Assembly (NCBI RefSeq): GCF_009914755.1
Contig: NC_060927.1
Direction: 5' to 3' (one strand)
Source of the DNA: the human T2T-CHM13v2.0 reference genome, Homo sapiens
Length of the DNA stretch: 64,000 bases
This document shows, piece after piece, positions 58,737-64,000 of this stretch. Made by a program: the position numbers and the translations under genes. The notes under the pieces were generated by a model. The model had not been told where the DNA came from and searched no databases. It saw nothing but the letters and a program-made list of their open reading frames with translations. How positions within the stretch are numbered: the stretch's first letter is position 1; each line of letters opens with the position of its first letter.

Positions 58737-60189
58737 TGTTTTTTAAAGCGAGATGTTCTTGCATCACTGGTATTAGTACAGAGCTGAGGCAGGCTTGAGG
58801 AAAACTGTCCCTTACTTTGTACACTGAGCAATTGGACAAATTTCAAGTCTTGGAGTGAAGCCATTAGTACTTTTCATAATTAAATTCATAATAAAATACC
58901 TTCTGGGAATTCAATATCTTTTTAAATTAACTATTCTTATTAACCTCATTCATCTGTCTCATAAAAAATGTAAACTAAGCCTAGCCATAAAGAACCCATA
59001 TCCCAGCAAATATAATTAGCACCAAACATTTAGCCTCACAGTTAATATACTTCTGAGCCAAAAGGGACCTCAAAGATCACCTAGTACAAACATTCACCTT
59101 AGTGATGAGAAGCTTGAGTCTCAGAGGTTGAAAGCAATGTGCCCTGTATCACCGGGCTCAGGTCATTGCTAAGAGTATACCCAGGTCTCCTGTTTGCTAG
59201 GCCACACTAGAAAAAGAAAAGAAAATGAAACCTCACTTCCTTACCAGGTAAGAACTGTACATGAAACCCGTGTTTCTGATTACTTGGTCTTTATACAAGG
59301 GGTACTTTTCCAGGGTACTGGTTGGTGAGTCTGTGTCCAATCAAATTATAATCAATTACAAAACAATATTGGTTATAATTAATAGTTTTTTTGATACAAC
59401 ATATTTGAGAGTATCTCTCTCAGACAAAATACAGAGCCTGGGTTGCCAAAGCCCAGGCAAAGACAAGTTTTATCTTTCTTCTGTTCTTTAATAGGATCAA
59501 GGCCTCTGAGACTACCATATTTTAAGCAAACCTAAGACCGGCACATGTAGATTTGCAGAATATAAAAGTGAGTGCTTCCCAGAAAGGGCTGACCAGAAGA
59601 TTCCAAGAATATTTCCCTTGCATATTTAAATGAGAATCAATTTTAAAAATCCATTTATATCCATTTTGAACTCTGTGTCACAGAAGTCAGCATTTAATTA
59701 TGTGCACGTGTGATATCCCAGTGGGTATAATTGGGGAGTTGATGCTGAATTGCACAGAACAGGGTATGCTGCAGTTGGGCAGACCCAGGTTTAAATCTTG
59801 GCTGTACCACCTACTAATCATCACCCTGTACAAGTCACTTCACTTCTCTGAACCACAGCATATGCATCCATAAATGAGAACACTAATAGCTACCTTCCAG
59901 AGTTGGGGGGATTAAATAATATGAGAATACCCTACTATTTTTAATACATTTTATTAGTGGAATGGGATCAGAAAGACTCAGCATACTTAGGTGAGCTGAG
60001 CCTTTTTGATCCCATTCACCCAATAAAACTGTGAGGTCTTTGTAAGGCCTTTGCCTATTATCTTCATCTTGGTGTCTGCAATGCCAAATATGAGGTCCTA
60101 TATAAAGTATGTACTCAATAAATGTTTATTGAATTAACAGAGGACTGTGGGAATGGGTTACGTCTTTCCTTTATCTGGCACTAACCAGC

Positions 60190-60640
60190 AGTAGTGGCTT
60201 GAATAGTCCCTGCTCCACCCCCAAATACATCCACATCCTAACCCCTAGAACCTGTGAATGTGACCCTTATTTGGAAAAAGGGTCTTTGTAGATGTAATTA
60301 ATGTAAGGATCTCCTGGATTATCTGGGTAGGACCCAAATCCAGTGGGTCCTCATGAGAGACACAGGCAAAGACACAGACACAGAGGAGAAAGAAGGCCAT
60401 GCAAAGATGGAGGCAGAGATTGGAGTGATGTACCCACAGGAACACCTGGAGCCACCAGAGTCTGGAAGAGCAAAAGGAGAGATTCCCCTTTAAGGCCTCC
60501 AGAGGCAGCATGGCCCTGCACAGTTGGTCTGACTTCTGCTCCATCTTCTGGCCTCCACCACTGTGAGAGAATACATTTCTGTTGTTTTAAGCCACCCGGT
60601 TTGTGGTCATTTTTTGCGGCAGCCGTAGTAAATGAATACA
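60190..60640 (+). mobile_element. MLT1C-like MaLR solo LTR
   Basis: AGAACCTGTGAATGTGACCTTATTTGGAAA...GAATACA; 5-bp TSD CCAGC (60185-60189, 60641-60645). Confidence 0.88.
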
Positions 60641-61201
60641 CCAGCACGTAGGAGGCATTCATGCTTAACACTGGAACTTAATGCTTAAACACTGGAAGTG
60701 TCAAGTGAAGGGATTTGGACTCATGTTTTGATATCAAATCCTTAAACTCTACTGTACACCCAAAGCATGTTATCCAAGCTGGCTCGACTATGATCTAGAA
60801 ATTTGGGGTACAGTACATTAACCTTGGAAATTCCATTGTAAAAGGAGCCAGAAATTCTGCTAAGCCACTCAGATGACACTACTTATTTTCCTGGAAGAAT
60901 ACACCAGGTACTTCCACTAGCCTGACCCAGACCAGCCACCCATGGCAGAGAGTGCTAATAGATAGTAACTGCTTCTTGCTGAGCATCAGAGATGCCATGT
61001 AAACATCCTGATAGAGGCACCAAAGAGCAGATGGAAATTCTATCTAGAGCTCAGGGTGGATCAGAGTCAGCCCACAGCTTGGCTCCCACCTCCAGCCTGA
61101 GTTCCAGGTGCTTGTGTCCAGCTGCTCCTTGACTCTCCCCCCGGATGTCTCCCACCTGGCATGTGTAACAAATGGGGTCGGGGGATCAGGGGTCCGACTG
61201 A

Positions 61202-61755
<554 letters not shown>

Positions 61756-62069
61756 GGACTGGTCTATTTTAAGAGCTTTTTCCTAACTAGTTTTTCTGCT
61801 TTTCTCCCAGCCTGATGACATTCTATTCACCAATAGGCAGCCAGAGAAAGCTTGAAAGCTTTTTAAAACCCAAGTCAAGTCAAATGGCTTCCTACCTCAC
61901 TCAGAAAGGAATTCAGGCTCCTGATCCTGGTTCCTAGGTAAACGTGTGGACTGCGCCCATCCCAATATCCTGCCCCATTCTCCTCTGCTTTCATCTTTTA
62001 CTACTCTCCCCTCACTCATAACTCAAGTCCCCTGGCCTCCTTGCTGCTCCTTTAAAATGCCAACTGTGG

Positions 62070-62364
62070 GGCTGGCAAGATGGCTCATGCCTATAATTCC
62101 AGCAGTTTGGGAGGCCAAGGCAAGTAAATCACTTGAGGTCAGTAGTTTGAGACCACCCTGGCCAATACGGCAAAACTCTGTCTCTACTAAAAACACAAAG
62201 ATTAGCTGGGTATGGTGGCTGGCACCTGTGATCCCAGCTTCCTGGGAGGCTGAGGCAGGAGGATCGCTTGAGCCCAGGAGGTGGAGATTGTGGTGAGCCA
62301 AGATCACACAACTGCACTCCAGCCTGGGCAACACAGCAAGACTCTGTATTAAAAAAAAAGAAAA
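62070..62364 (+). mobile_element. Alu (S/J) inserted in L2
   Basis: Dimeric Alu with L2-like flanks. Confidence 0.92.
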
Positions 62365-62720
62365 GCCAAGCATACTCCTTCCATAGGGCCTTTGCATCTC
62401 CTGTTCCCTCCACCTAGAACACTATTACCCCAGACACCAGCATAGGCCCATCACTTTCATCATTCAGGATCTAACCCCATGGCCACCTTTGAGTACCCTA
62501 TATAACAGTGCCTTTCCTGTCACTCTCTGATCCCTCTGCTTTAGTTTTCTTCTTTTCATATTGCATGGCTTGTCCATAGAATGACCTTGGACATTAGGCT
62601 TAAAAATTCCACACCTTCCTGAGAGATATACACAATTTAATCTGAAATCTCTAAGAGTTGTGTGGCCTTTAGATTCTGAAGGGGGAGAAAAAGCCAAATT
62701 CTGGTCAAGTTCATGTGTTC

Positions 62721-63270
62721 TGTATTAGTCAGTGTTCTCTAGAGGGACAGGACTAATAGGATAGATGTACATATGAAAGGGAGTTTATTAAGGACTATTG
62801 ACTCACACGATCACAAGGTGAACTCCCACAATAGGCCGTCTGCAAGCTAAGGAGCAAGGAAGCCAGTCTGAGTCCCAAAACCTCAAAAGTAGGGAAGGTG
62901 ACAGTGCAGCCTTCAGTCTGTGGCTGAAGGCCTGAGAGCCCCTGGCAAACCACTCATGAAAGTCTAAGAGAACAAAAGCTGAAGAACTTAGAGTCGGATG
63001 TTCGAGAGCAGGAAGCATCCAGCACAGGAGAAAAATGGAGGCCAGGAGACTTAGACAGTACAGTTTTTCCATGTCTCTCTGCCTGCTTTTATCCTAGCCA
63101 CACTGGCAGCTGATTAGATGGTGCCCACTCAGACTGAGGGAGGGTCTGCCTCTCCTAGTCCACTGACTCCAATGTTAATCTCCTTTGGCAACACCCTCAC
63201 AGACATACCCGGGAACAGTACTTTGTATCCTTGAATCCAATCAAGTTGACACTCAATATTAATTATCACA
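62721..63270 (-). mobile_element. MLT2A (ERVL) solo LTR
   Basis: TGTATTAGTCAGTGTTCTCTAGAGGGACAG...CAATCAAGTTGACACTCAATATTAATTATCACA. Confidence 0.92.
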
Positions 63271-64000
63271 CACCTTTATCTACAGAGTGAAAGAAATGCA
63301 AAAACCAACAGTGTATGGGTGAGAAGTCATGAGTTACATGAATATAAAGAATGTAGGTGAAGCCACCACTTCTTCTTAAGGCTTCCCTTAAGAAGGAATT
63401 CAGCTGGCCCATTAGACACCCCAAGATCTAGCCATACCTTAAACTCAGCAAACCCCAAACTTGAAAGTGCCAATATCACTGCTTCCTTTAGGATTAAGCA
63501 TATTTCGACCCTGGGGAAATTTATGATTTTTTAAATATTTAAGATAATCAAGTCATAATATTAATATGTGTATAAATATTTCATGTTAAAATGTATATTT
63601 TATGTGCTTATTATATTTACAAGAATTTGGTCTATTAGAATGAACAGATCAGCCTAGTACTCATTTCAAATATGTAATTGAGTAATAATTGATCTTGGCT
63701 TAGAATTTTAATTTGAGACCTTATTAAGTTTATACATATTGTTAGAATATTTAAGACACTTTAAAAATTACATTTATTCTCTTAATTTAATAGATTTATA
63801 TAAATTACTTAGGTACCTAGGAAGATTTATCAATAACACAAATGAGCTTACTAAAAAGTGAAACTGAATACAAAGAATTTATAAATGTACCTTAAAATGT
63901 TTGATAGTGTTGGAATTAATTGAGTTCACAAATGGACTCAAACATTCAAATGATCTTTAAAAATGACGGCTCACAGTTTTTGAGACTTACAAGTAGACAT

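Noticed and set aside
57621-60700. Short tandem duplications (GCTAATATATGTAAA x2 near 57621; ATGCTTAACACTGGAA x2 near 60661)
   Set aside because: Ordinary slippage-size duplications.
63500-64000. AT-rich terminal segment, possibly an old DNA-transposon fragment
   Set aside because: Cannot assign a family or termini from the visible sequence.

Overview
Primate (almost certainly human) genomic DNA, not prokaryotic; no operons, CRISPR arrays, rRNA or tRNA genes are seen. The only supportable protein-coding content is on the minus strand in a CpG island at ~8.2-9.4 kb. Two short exons (8917-8958, 8069-8154) splice to MFSRSSRKRLSSRS|LTGLGRIERGQPCNACGDQCPGFALHKW(R), the Cys-rich N-terminus of the Prickle/Testin family. 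I recognise this from memory as the distal first exons of a long PRICKLE2 isoform (3p14.1). Bases 1-8068 are then intron and ~9.4-64 kb is upstream intergenic sequence. That region is mostly repeats: a full-length dead L1PA4-like LINE-1 (39384-45560), ~15 Alus/FLAMs, MaLR/ERVL/ERV1 solo LTRs, MER DNA transposons, MIR/L2 and microsatellites. Nearly all ORFs in the supplied track are spurious or repeat-derived. I cannot support a new multi-gene system. The notable observations are: (i) several locally templated insertion/template-switch scars, including a perfect 29-bp-arm hairpin in an L2, a 64-bp copy pasted into a MER58, a 28-bp copy moved 930 bp, and snap-back inserts in an Alu and in the L1 5'UTR; (ii) extra perfect splice donors in the PRICKLE2 island, one adding 36 aa in frame; (iii) a candidate two-exon minus-strand non-coding transcript at 34.2-35.1 kb; (iv) a motif-dense CpG-rich element at 53.1 kb. 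Repeat subfamily names come from recalled consensus sequences, not database searches.
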